From assembly GCA_013239625.1 (NCBI GenBank), contig MU057350.1, positions 2,356,001 to 2,420,000 on the forward strand: a stretch of DNA of 64,000 nucleotides, in the 5' to 3' direction. Below are positions 53,490 to 64,000 of the stretch, in pieces. This DNA comes from Lama guanicoe. Its lineage: Eukaryota. The notes beneath the pieces were generated by a model. It ran no database searches, had not been told where the DNA came from, and saw only the letters and a program-made list of their open reading frames with translations. A program made the position numbers and the translations under genes. Numbering within the stretch: the first letter of the stretch is position 1; the number at the start of each line of letters is the position of its first letter.

Positions 53490-53856
53490 TAGGTCATAAA
53501 CTCTATTTGACAGGCCGTGACCAGAATCATTTTAAAAGAAAGATGCAAACCATAATAGAAAAATAGAGTGCACTGCATAGAAGAGGGCAAGTCTTGTGAC
53601 GTGAAGTTTTGTTTCAGTTGTCTATACGTGTGTCTATGGGGTTGTAACGTAAAATTCATGTCATGCTGTGGGTTGTAAGTTAAAAAGCTTGAGCGTGCTC
53701 ACTGGTGGTACATTGCTAAAATTGGAAAGACACAGGGAAGATTAGCATGTTCCTTGGGAAAGGGTGACGTGCAAACTCAAGAAGCGTTGAAGATTTTTTT
53801 TGTAATATTATGTGGTTTTTTAGTACGCTTGAAAGCAAGAGTTTGAGAAACATGGG
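53490..53856. mobile_element. Ancient hAT-type MER DNA transposon split by the U6 retrocopy
   Basis: ccgtgaccag...agagtgcactgcat...ttttgtttcagtt...ctgtgggtt...aaaaagcttgag[U6]...gagtttgagaaacatgg. Confidence 0.5.
53695..53801 (+). pseudogene. U6 snRNA retropseudogene (degenerate, full length)
   Basis: gtgctcac...ctaaaattggaaagacacagggaagattagcatgttccttgggaaagggtgacgtgcaaactcaagaagcgttgaagatttttttt aligns end to end with U6. The ACAGAGA box is mutated to ACAGGGA. Confidence 0.9.
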
Positions 53857-53989
53857 ATTGGATGCTCTCTGTGAACCCCTTCCTTCTGCTCTGTAGCCAG
53901 TAACTACTCAAGCCTACCGTGAACTCACTTTTTTGGTAACGTCTTTTTACTTACCACCATGTAATTCTGCCTACCATTTATGTTTTTAA

Positions 53990-54235
53990 GAGGGAGGCAG
54001 GACAGTGTAGTGATTAAAAGCACCCTATTGAGTTAGATAAGCCTATGTTTGAATTTAACTTCTTCACTTACTAGTTGAATGACCTGGAAAATATGCCCAA
54101 CCTCTCTCAGCCTTGTCAGTCTCAGACCACACCTAGGACATGCAATGGTTATAAGATTAAATAAGATGCTATGAAGGTCTTAGCACAGATCACCTTGTTC
54201 ACAGAAAGTGCTTGGTGTAAGACAGCAATTATTAT
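53990..54235 (+). mobile_element. MIR SINE
   Basis: gagggaggcag...gtgattaaaagcac...ttcacttactag... Confidence 0.65.
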
Positions 54236-55272
54236 CTGACCTCTGGTCCCACCCAGATTTTAAGTACAGTCTGCAATGTAGTGTCTGGCATATACAAGAT
54301 CATAAATACTTTGCATGTAGAAAACCAAGGATTCCAGCCTCAAGCAGCCGCTAAAGCTGGAAGGCAGCCATTCTCCATCAGCATGCCCCATTACCATCCA
54401 GGTCGTGGGAGGAGAGGCAGGGCGGTCTGTGTATCCTCTACCCACACATCCCCTTCCCTCTTTTCCTCTGACATGAATGGCTGGACCTGGGAAGGCAGAT
54501 CTTGGTTGTGATTTGCTTCAAGGACCAAAACAACTGTGACATTTCAGTGCCATCAAAGCCAACAGACAGATGGAAACTCAAGATCAGCTGTCTTACAAAC
54601 ATCTACCTGAGAGGGTTTCAGACAGAACCAAGAGACAAAGAAATGAGGAAGAGCTGGTGGCCAGAACACTGAGAAAATGGGGGTAAGATTCAGATATTAC
54701 AGCAGGGAAAAAATGACTATCATCCAACAGTCAGCAAATAAGCAACTCACTAGGTCCTATTTGCCTCATGAATAGTCTGGGAACCAAAGTGTTGTTTTAT
54801 AAATGATTCATTTCAGGAAATACTCACTAATCAATTACTAGGGCTTCTGTGTAATAGTTTCCCAGATTTATAGGTGGTGATCATGTGAACTGGATCATTG
54901 ACTCTAGAATGAGATAAACAGCAATGCTGGTAACCTAATCTGCTTACTCCAAGTAGCTACAAAGAAATTAGCTGCCGTGAGTGGAAGCCAGCCCATTACG
55001 AAGAGTGAAAAGAAACCCATTCATCATGAGGGAGCCTCACCCCCACTGAGGCTCCCTGGATCGTTCAGCTAAGCTGAGAAGATGCCGATGGAGAAGAGGA
55101 TGATGACCCATACGTAGACGAGAGGGGACAGACGAGCGGAGGGGAGGGAAGTCTCGTGAGATGGCATGTGAGGAAAAAAATGGGCCTTAAAATGATAGAA
55201 ATGATGAAAGCACAGTATTCCAACGACTACACAGATAGTATTGCAAAGAATAAGACCGTTCAAAGTAGCACT

Positions 55273-55440
55273 TGGTGGGGAGGGTGTAGCTCGGCGACAG
55301 AGCACATGTCTGGCAGGTACAAGGTCCGGGGCTCAATCCCCAGCACCTCCATCAAATAATAAATAAATAAGCCGAATGACCTCCCCCCAGCAAAGTTTTG
55401 AAAATTAAATCAAAACGTTAAAATTTTACAAAAGAAAAAG
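55273..55440 (+). mobile_element. Vic-1-type SINE with perfect 11-bp TSD
   Basis: TSD AAAGTAGCACT at 55262-55272 and 55441-55451; ggggagggtgtagctc...tcaatccccagcacctcc. Confidence 0.85.
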
Positions 55441-56039
55441 AAAGTAGCACTCAACGCTAGCTTGTGTTTGTTTGTTTTTTTTTTTTTTCTGGGAGAAAAT
55501 TTGGTTTGTACTTGTACCGTGAAAAAGAAAAGAAAATGTATGTGAATAATGTAGCCCCACCTAAAAATACACAGCTAACACAATGGTTTTTCAGGAAAAG
55601 AAAAGGCAAGGATGCCTGGAAATAGCTGCATCTAATCAGCCCCCATCCCAAGCAATCAACTGAAGTCCAGGAAATTCCATATGTAACCAGAAGAATAGAC
55701 ATCCTGGAGCTTTTTGCCGCAGTTAAGATTAGCGGAAACAGACCCCCATCAGCTCTAGTAACAAAGAAGAATTAAAGGTGAAGAAACTGCTGTGGGTCCC
55801 TGTGCCTCCCTTCTGGGAAGGTGGCGGCTGTGGGGGCAAGAAGGATGGGAATGAGGACAGAGGCAGCCGCCGTGGTGGTGCCGGCAGCCTATTGTTCTGA
55901 AACCAGCCCTTCAACAGCAGCTCTGAGCAGGGAACGTAATGAAAACAGCAGTGGCTAGGGCTCAGCTTATCCTCCTGACTTATCCTAACAATTGTTAAAA
56001 ACATTTGTTAACATAGCAGTGGTTTATGATGAGCGCTTT

Positions 56040-57125
56040 CAGGGTCTTGTTTAAGAAATCCTTCCTTACCCAAACGTCATAAAGATATTCTTCCTGTATT
56101 TTCCTCTAAAAGATTAAAAACGTTCCCTTTCACAATGAGTCCCTCCTTCTCTATGGAATTGAAAGCCACAAAAAGCACAAACCAAAGAGGAAAAGACGAA
56201 AACATTTCACTTCATTAAAATTCATAACTTTCACTTGCCGAAATTATCATAGAGTAAAAAGATAAGCTGCAAACCTGGAGAAAATCTTGACATCACACCT
56301 GGCAAAGGACTAGGATGCAGAGCATATAAAGAATGCCTGCAACCTGTCACAAAATGTCCAAATATCATGATAAGGTAATTCACAAAAAGAAATATAGATG
56401 ACTAGTCAAGATAGTAAAAGATTCTCAACTTCCTTAGTAATCAGGGGCATGCACATTAAAGTCACAATTGAGATATCATTTTAAATCCACTAGATGAACC
56501 AAAAAATTATGAAGTCTGATAATACTAAGTGTTGGTGAGGCTGTGGAAAAGCAGAATCATATACTATGGTTGGGCTTTAAATAATACAACTAGGCACTGT
56601 CTAAGGCAAGTGAAGATTATATCTCTGTGGCCCAGCAATTCCACTCGCAGGTGTGTATCCTACAGAAACTCTCACACAGGTTCATGTAAAAGACTGTTAA
56701 TAAAAAGAAGCACAATCCATATTAGCAAAAATGCAAATGAAGCTCAGCAACATTGTTTGGGGATACCTACATTGTGGGCTACTATTTTTAATTAATTATT
56801 TTTAAAATTATTTTTTCTTTAGTGGGGCTACTGGGATTGAACCCAGGACCTTGTGCATGCTAAGCACACACTCTTACCACTAAGCTGCACCCTCCCCCGG
56901 GCTACTATTTTTTAAAAAGCAAGAGATGACAAACACAGCATTCAGGAAAGTGGTTATTTTGAGGAGAAGGCAGGAGGATGGGAAATGGGGAGGAGGACAC
57001 AGCTCGTGTTGATGGTACTGTTCATGTTGGGATTCTTCTGTTGGCCGTGGCTTTGTGTATATTACACATGTTCCACTGTAAGCACAGAATATTACATAAT
57101 AAACTGCTTTTAATTTGTTTTAAAA
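56040..57125. mobile_element. Old L1M fragments
   Basis: tagtaatcagggg...atactaagtgttggtgaggctgtgga...cccagcaattccactc. Confidence 0.65.
56790..56898 (-). mobile_element. Vic-1-type SINE with 14-bp TSD
   Basis: TSD GGGCTACTATTTTT at 56776-56789 and 56899-56912. Confidence 0.88.
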
Positions 57126-57839
57126 AAGGGTGAACAAAGAACAAAAATCTCTAAGGACTCAGTGCCAAGGAAAACATGGGATCTTGGTAACATTAGTCTT
57201 ACTAAAATAAGGTGGGAAGAGGGGTCACTCAAGAAGTGATGGATTGCTCTCTGTCCAGGAGGGTCTGCATAATTTACGTGGCCCTGGAGGTCCTCCCAGA
57301 ACATGGTTAGCTTGCCCAGTGACCAGGACCTGTGCCCAGGGGTCACACCCTCTTGCTCAAGTTGGCAAGTGGCCTGGGAGAGCAAGTGATGATCAGTTAT
57401 GAAAAAAATGCTAAAAAAAAAAAAAGCCATGCCACTTAGTACCTGAATGTCGTATGTGGCTGGATGTATTTTAGATAATTTCCCATGCAGAAAACTGAGG
57501 GCTGTTCTGGGGCAAGGCTTGTTGGTCTAACATTGGGATATCCTATTTTCCACCTTGACTGCATGAATTTGACATTGACCCAAAGCTGTTTTTTTCAACG
57601 GTTGGCATTTTGAATTGTTATTTGAAGCTCTCGATACTCGGGTCTTGGCACTGCTGGACTTTGTAACCCTAGCACTACTCAGATAGCTGCAACCCTTTTT
57701 TGGTTGTTATTTCTATCTTTAATATATTTGGGTCTTACCTACTCTCCCAAAAGGATTATAAAGTTAACCAAATGGCAGGATTTTCTAAAGCCCTGTTTTG
57801 TTCATCCTTGCTGCCAAAAACTTGGCAAAATAAAGCCTT

Positions 57840-58805
57840 AATAGGTTTTTTATTTTGAAAGAATTATGAAGTCACAGTAAACTGCAAAAATAGTAGAAAA
57901 ACCCCATGAACTCTTCACTCAGTTTTCCCCAGTGATTACATCTTACATAACTATGGAACACAGTCAAAACTAGAAAACTGACACTGGTGCAATGTGTGCC
58001 CTCCAAATCCATCCATGTTGCTGTNNNNNNNNNNNNNNNNNNNNNNNNNNNNNNNNNNNNNNNNNNNNNNNNNNNNNNNNNNNNNNNNNNNNNNNNNNNN
58101 NNNNNNNNNNNNNNNNNNNNNNNNNNNNNNNNNNNNNNNNNNNNNNNNNNNNNNNCACTGTTGATATATACTTAGATTGTGTTCCATATCTTGTCAATTG
58201 TAAACAATGCTACAAATAATAAATAAATTGCAAAACATTGGGGTGCCATTTATCTTTTTGAACTAGTATCTTGGGTTTTTTTGGATGTATACCCAGGAGT
58301 GGAATTGCTGGATCGCTGGTAATATCACTCTAGATTGATGATTATTTCCTCTCTGCTTAAAAAAAAAATTCTATTACATTCCGATTTTCATAGTGCCTAT
58401 TGGGAAACTAGGTGTCAATCCAATTTGTTCCTTTCTCAGTAATGTGTTTTTCTCTGGCTGCCTATAAGATTTTCTTTCTTTTCCTTTTCATTTTCTTTTA
58501 TTCTTTCTTCTTCCTTTTCTCTCGTTCTCTTTCCTTTCTTTTCTCCTCCCACCCCCGCCTCTCCCCCTTCATTCTTTCTTCCCTTCTTTTGGAATTCTAC
58601 CATATCATTACAATATATCTATCTAGCTTTGTATTTCTTGTCATTTATTCTGCTAGGAATTCATTGGGCTTCCTAAATCTGAACATTTCTTTGTAAATTC
58701 ACAAAAATTCTTAGTCAACATCTCTTTGAATGTTGCCTTATTCTACATTTTTTCTATTACCGCTTTCTTGAACTCTGATTAGATATCTGAAGTATAGCCT
58801 CCATG
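57840..58805 (-). mobile_element. L1 fragments (a younger piece with an N-gap, plus the old L1M that hosts the PMPCB retrocopy)
   Basis: L1 antisense phrases; the old L1M sequence resumes after 60365. Confidence 0.65.
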
Positions 58806-58809
58806 TCTT

Positions 58810-60365
58810 CTTTTCCAAATATACTTCATTATAAATATTTGTTCACTTAAAAAATAATTTATAGCTTAAAACTTGCAGATCTTTTATTAATAAGTATGTT
58901 CAAAATATTTTGACTAAGAATTTAAATCAAAACCAGCATATGTTACTGAAAATCCAGTTAAAATCTCGCTCAGTGGAACCAACAGCAGCAATGGGTGAAC
59001 TCTTACCATAAACACATTTGGTGCACACCGCTTGCCCTGTCTCAGCATCTGCAGCATCAGTTCCTGCTTCCAAGTTCCGGAATGGGAAGTCTTCTATCAC
59101 AGCATCGCATTTGCCTACCAGTCTCTTCACCATAGAGTTGAACCACAGAGTTGCAAAAACATATTTTGTTTTTGGGAGAATTTTTGTGCAACTCTACTTC
59201 CAGTGACACTCATGCAGAGTCACATCTAGTCTTTCTGAACAACATGGAGCATGTCTGCAATGGCTCATATAGATTCCCCACAATCCTGCATCTTTGTAGG
59301 AAATGTTGAAAAGACTTCAAGCCATGGCAGAGATTGCCACGACAGGTGAGCTGGGCTGGCTTCCTAAATACATTCAGTCCTCCTCTGAAATGGCAATCCT
59401 ACTTGCCAATCAGTGTGTTTGCAACTGTGAGAGAGAGTGTATCTGGGTATTTCCAGCCAACAGCTTCGACGGCTCTTGCAAGGTGTGTCAGAGGCATCTT
59501 GTCATCCCTCAAAGGAATCTCACTCCCTGTGAATTGGAAGGAGGTTGTTATTTTTCCTTTGTGTGTGGACACAAAGTTACCAAAATGAAACTTGGCTAAC
59601 TTATGCTGTTCATCATAGGAGACTCCTCCAGTTACAGCAAAGACTATTTTTGGCCCCTTGTTAAAAAATGTGTGCTTATACAGTTCACTAAGTCTTTATG
59701 ATGTATAGATTGACATTTTCAGTTGGTCCCCAAACTGTCCATCCAGTGCGGTATTTTGATAAGCTGTGGCATGACAACAGTAAAAAACAGCTTCTTGTAA
59801 ATTGGCTTTGACTTTGCACATCTCCCTAAAGATTATCCTATACTCATATTCTGTCTCTGCTTCGTCCAATGTACTGTTTATTGTTATGTCAGCAAGAATG
59901 TCTACAGCTCTTGGCAAATCCTTAGAGAATTCTTTGGCATAATTTATGGTCTACTTTCTGAAGGTATAGGCATTAATGTGAGCACCCATGATCTCATTTT
60001 TATGTTCCAGATCTAATTTGACTCTCTTTTTGGTGCCTTTCAAATCTCTGTGTTCCAGAGAATGAGCTGCTCTGTTATTCTTCTTATTTTCATATCAATT
60101 TCCAGCATCAGTCCAGAGCTTAACTGTGCATACTGACAATTTGGAGTTTTAAGAGGCCACTCTGAGTTCATTTTCCAAATATGTTATTCATGTTTCAAGA
60201 ACATCCAGAACAATGTTTATAGTGGCTTGTGTATTTCTCAGTCTATTCTCTCCAGTTACGACAACACATTGGTCCCTCTGATCAGGAGCCTCTCAGTGAA
60301 ACCCAGAGCCAGCGCCACACCCTGGGCAACAGCATGGCTTAGACCTCCACTGCTACCATCTTCTC
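58810..60365 (-). pseudogene. PMPCB: Processed pseudogene of mitochondrial-processing peptidase beta subunit (full-length CDS plus 3'UTR, decayed)
   Basis: Intronless minus-strand translation from the ATG at 60359: ...[31 protein letters not shown]...MGAHINAYT...[21 protein letters not shown]...[10 protein letters not shown]...LEAGTDAADAETGQAVCTK...IAAVG...FSNICWF. Collinear with PMPCB, with multiple stops and frameshifts. Minus-strand AATAAA at 58883-58888. Confidence 0.92.
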
Positions 60366-61400
60366 TCAACATCTTTTAACTTTTGTTTTATTTTTTTCAG
60401 TCTCTTTTTCTCTCTGCTGTATATTGGGTAACTCTAAAGTTTTTTCTTCCAGCTCATTAATTCTCTCTCCCATTGAATAGATTGCTGTACCCATCCACTT
60501 AATTTCTAGTTTCATTTATTATGTGTTTTTTTTTTTAACTGGAAGATCTATTTGGCTCTTTTCTCAAAATCCACCTGATCATATTTTATAGTTTCTGGTA
60601 CCTTGTTATACTCCAAATATTCTCTTTTTTTATTAAGCTCATCAAACTTACTTAGTCTGTATTTCTTAATTGATAATTCCAGCATCATCCATTTTTGCAG
60701 CTATAATCCTGTTATTTGTTATTTCTACTTATCTTCACTCAATTGACTTGTTTCCTCCTGTGTTTTATAATTTTTATATTCAGAGAGTTTATAATTACCT
60801 GAGGGAATAATTCGAGGCCTTTATTTAAGGTATATTTCTCTAGGAAAGCATTATACATCTTGAATCAGCTTAAATAAAATTCTAAAGTTGGGTATGTGGG
60901 GACAACATAGGTAGTAGGAATTCTACATTTTGGCTCTAAACCTTCATGAGGACCCTTTGTGAATAGAAATTTTCAAGATACACTCTACTCAGAGGCAAAG
61001 TTGAGATAAGAAAATTTCTGTACTCTTTTCTTTTGTGGGATAGATTTTCCTCTTTTGGTTTACCCTCGCATCAAAAATGGGTCTTCTGGGTCTTGAACTA
61101 TTTATTTAGGGATCTTCTTCTGTCTTCACCTGATTCAAATCCTAGGCATTGTCTCCCCCTCTTTGCTTGATGCCCATTAAAATAAAGGCTCTAGGCCACC
61201 AGTGATAAGTCAATGACCACAGAGACCTGTTTCTTCAGGGTGGTTGCCTCTGAAGCTTTGTGCTTTCTTGTATTTTTAGCCTCCAGTGATTCCCATCATT
61301 TTGCTGACAGTTTAGACAAGCATTTTAACATCTTTTATCCATGCATTTTTAGGTGTTGTGAGACAAAGAGGTTCCTCACAGTATTTATTCTTTAACATTA
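60366..61400 (-). mobile_element. Old L1M (continuation after the retrocopy)
   Basis: tcttccagctcattaattctctctc...ccatccacttaatttc typical of old L1M. Confidence 0.6.
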
Positions 61401-62769
61401 TGGGAAGTTTACGTTTGGGCACTATTTTTATGTTTGTTGGTTTGTTTGTTTACACCTTTATTATGGTATGATTCCTGTACAGTAAATTATACATATTTCA
61501 TATGTACAATTTGATGACTATTGATAGAGGTATCCACCAATGAAACCACCACCACAATCAAGAAAGCTAACATTTCCATCACTCCCCAAGAGGTGCAAAT
61601 TTTGAATTCTCAATTTATCCCTTCTCACCCCCTTAATCCCCTGATAACTATAAGTTTGTTCTTATGGTTCTCATATGTCTGTGAGTCTGTTTCTGTTTTG
61701 TAGAAAAGTTCATTGGTTTTTAAGTACTCAAATTTACAAAGCTTCCACTGTAAGGTAGGCTGAACTGGGGAACTGATGTGATCCTCATCACTGCCCCTAC
61801 CCTGCCAGGTAAAAATCCTCTGCACACATCAGACTCAAACATCAAGTTACTATTTTACCCCCACTGTAGCATGGCTGCTGCCCCAGGGCAGCACTGGCTA
61901 ACCTCTTCCAGTAGAAGATAGACTGAACACAGAGAAGGAACGGCGTCCGGTTCATGGATAGGCAGGCACCCAGCATGAAGTACTTATTTTGAGCTTTACC
62001 ACAGCCCAATGGAATGGGTAGCACTGCTTTCATTTTGTAAGTAAGAAAACTGAACTTCGGTGATGTTAAGTAATTCATCTGAAGGATGCAGAAGTAGCCA
62101 GAATGTTCTGAAAGATCACCCAGGCACATCTTCCTAAAGCAAGTCTTCAGAGGACCTGTGGATCAACCATTTACTCACTCATCCATTCATATGGGAATCC
62201 ACTGAAGAAACCTTTCTTGAGAACTTGCTATGTATATAACACTGTGCTAGACAGTGACCTACAAAAATGAGTAAGACAAAGAGCTTACATCCTCATATGG
62301 GATGACACATTATTATATTATAATGCAGTAGGGTACATGATAGGGGTTATGAGAACATTGGGAAGGGCATCACCACTGAGACAAGCTCATGGGTAGTTTT
62401 GGGGTAGAACAAGGGAAGGTGGTTGCTGATTGATATGGGTGATGAAATACAAGTAGGAACATCTGTAACAAGTGAACGTGGAGGAGTCTTTCTTCTTGGA
62501 ATTTACTTTTCATGATCTGTTGTCCTTTTTTCTAAAAAGAGGGAAATAAGGGCTCAAAACTATGATCTTTAAGAAGGATTTATCCTTCCCAGTTACCAGG
62601 AGCAAAAGCTGTTGCAGTCCAGGATCAGCTTACTCGCTGGATGGGACAGATCAGGGATGGTTTGGTTATCCCGCTTGTAGCCTTTTCTGAAATTAAAATA
62701 TCACACAAGGAAAGACTTGTCTGGTACAATTGCTTATTTTTTTTAAAGGAAAGGCAGTATTTATTTTGT

Positions 62770-63182
62770 TTTGTTTTTAAGAATTTTTTTTTATTGAAGT
62801 ATAGTCAGTTTACAATGTTGTGTCAGTTTCTGGTGTATAGAACAATGTTTCTACATATACATACATATATTTGTTTTCATATTCTTTTTCATTATGGGTT
62901 ACTGCAAGATATTGAATATAGTTTCCTGTGCTATACAGGAGAAACTTATTATATATCTATTTTATATATAGTAGTTAGTATCTGCAAATCTTGAACTCCT
63001 TATTTATCCTTTCTCACACCCTTCCCCCACAGTAACCATGTTCGTTTTCTATGTTTGTGAGTCAGTTTCTGTTTTGTAAATAAGTTCATTTGTGTCTTTT
63101 TTTTTTTAGATTCCACATATGAGTGATATCATACAATATTTTTCTTTCTCTTTCTGTCTTGTTTCACTTAGAATGACGATTT
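62770..63182 (-). mobile_element. Camelid/artiodactyl L1 3' end
   Basis: ttattgaagtatagtcagtttacaatgttgtg...tagattccacatatgagtgatatc. Confidence 0.88.
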
Positions 63183-64000
63183 CAATTGCACTTTTTCTTG
63201 ATCTTGCAAGTCCTTATATCAGAAGCTCTAATCCAATTTTCTCAGACGCCATCTCCCTACTGGCCAACAAAGGTTCCATGCTGGGTCTTGCAAAATTAAG
63301 CTATAAGCTTTCCTACCACCAAAGGTTGGAATCTAAGCACAGATGTCAAAGTTAATCCCATTACCCCAGGCACTCTTAAACCCCCTAGAAAAGTAGATTT
63401 GTCTTGCTGCCTTTTCTAACGGTGAGGAATTTTCCTCTACTCAGCAACTTTCTTCATTTTGTTAGTTATACCTAATTGGGTTTATCTTTGTCTGAACCAA
63501 CATGATGGACAGACCTTTTGGCAAGTGTTCTGTGTTTTTTTCTAGGGCTTAAAATGTGGGTCATAGACACCGCTAGAGACTAAATATCCACTGGGAATCT
63601 TTATCCCACTCTACCTGTTTTTTCTGAAAACAAACCTGTCATCAGTGACTCTGAAAACAGAACCTGGAGCTTTAAGGATGTTGTAGTAGTTACATGATAT
63701 TACAGCCAAACTGAGTATGCCCAGTGGTGTTAATTGGGGTCATCTTCCAACATGCTTTTGAGGTCTGTGATTGCTACCCCTACAACCTAAGTCTCTTAAA
63801 GGCTAAATGCTTCTCAGTAGTCCAACTGACCCCTGGACTTTTAGATAACTCACCATCGTAGTTGAACATTTAATTTGTGATTGGGCTCTTTCCTAACTAA
63901 ACTTTTGTTGAGTGATCTCTAGTGAGTCCCTTTTATCCAAAATTCTTGGCAGTACAGTTTAGACAGGACAGAAAGACTTGTTTCAAATCCTGACTATAAC

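Noticed and set aside
53695-53801. Functional U6 snRNA gene
   Set aside because: Many substitutions including the ACAGAGA box and the 5' stem, no recognisable PSE/TATA, and a retroposition signature
59303-59599. Cys-rich plus-strand ORF
   Set aside because: It is the antisense shadow of the PMPCB retrocopy

Overview
Mammalian genomic DNA, very probably camelid (four Vic-1-type tRNA-derived SINEs and artiodactyl-type L1 3' ends), with six N-gaps. Positions 1-~21.5 kb hold the 3' half of KDR (VEGFR2) on the + strand. Coding exons equivalent to human exons 16-27, 29 and 30 are visible with GT-AG boundaries (transmembrane segment, split tyrosine-kinase domain, C-tail, stop at 19889-19891), followed by the 3' UTR. 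Exon 28 is not visible and most likely lies in the N-gap at 17180-17335. The remaining ~42 kb is repeat-rich intergenic DNA (towards KIT if the usual mammalian synteny holds). It carries a full-length decayed PMPCB processed pseudogene nested in an old L1, a decayed U6 snRNA retrocopy and several candidate CTCF and ETS-type regulatory clusters. I see no evidence for a novel multi-gene system. The most interesting signals are small-scale: a recursive-splice-site configuration at the ATP-binding exon, a chimeric inverted L1/LTR-poly(A) retro-insertion in intron 22, a 137-bp near-perfect tandem duplication in intron 27, and candidate insulator/enhancer motifs. Exon numbers, family names and comparisons with human or mouse come from recalled knowledge, not from a search.
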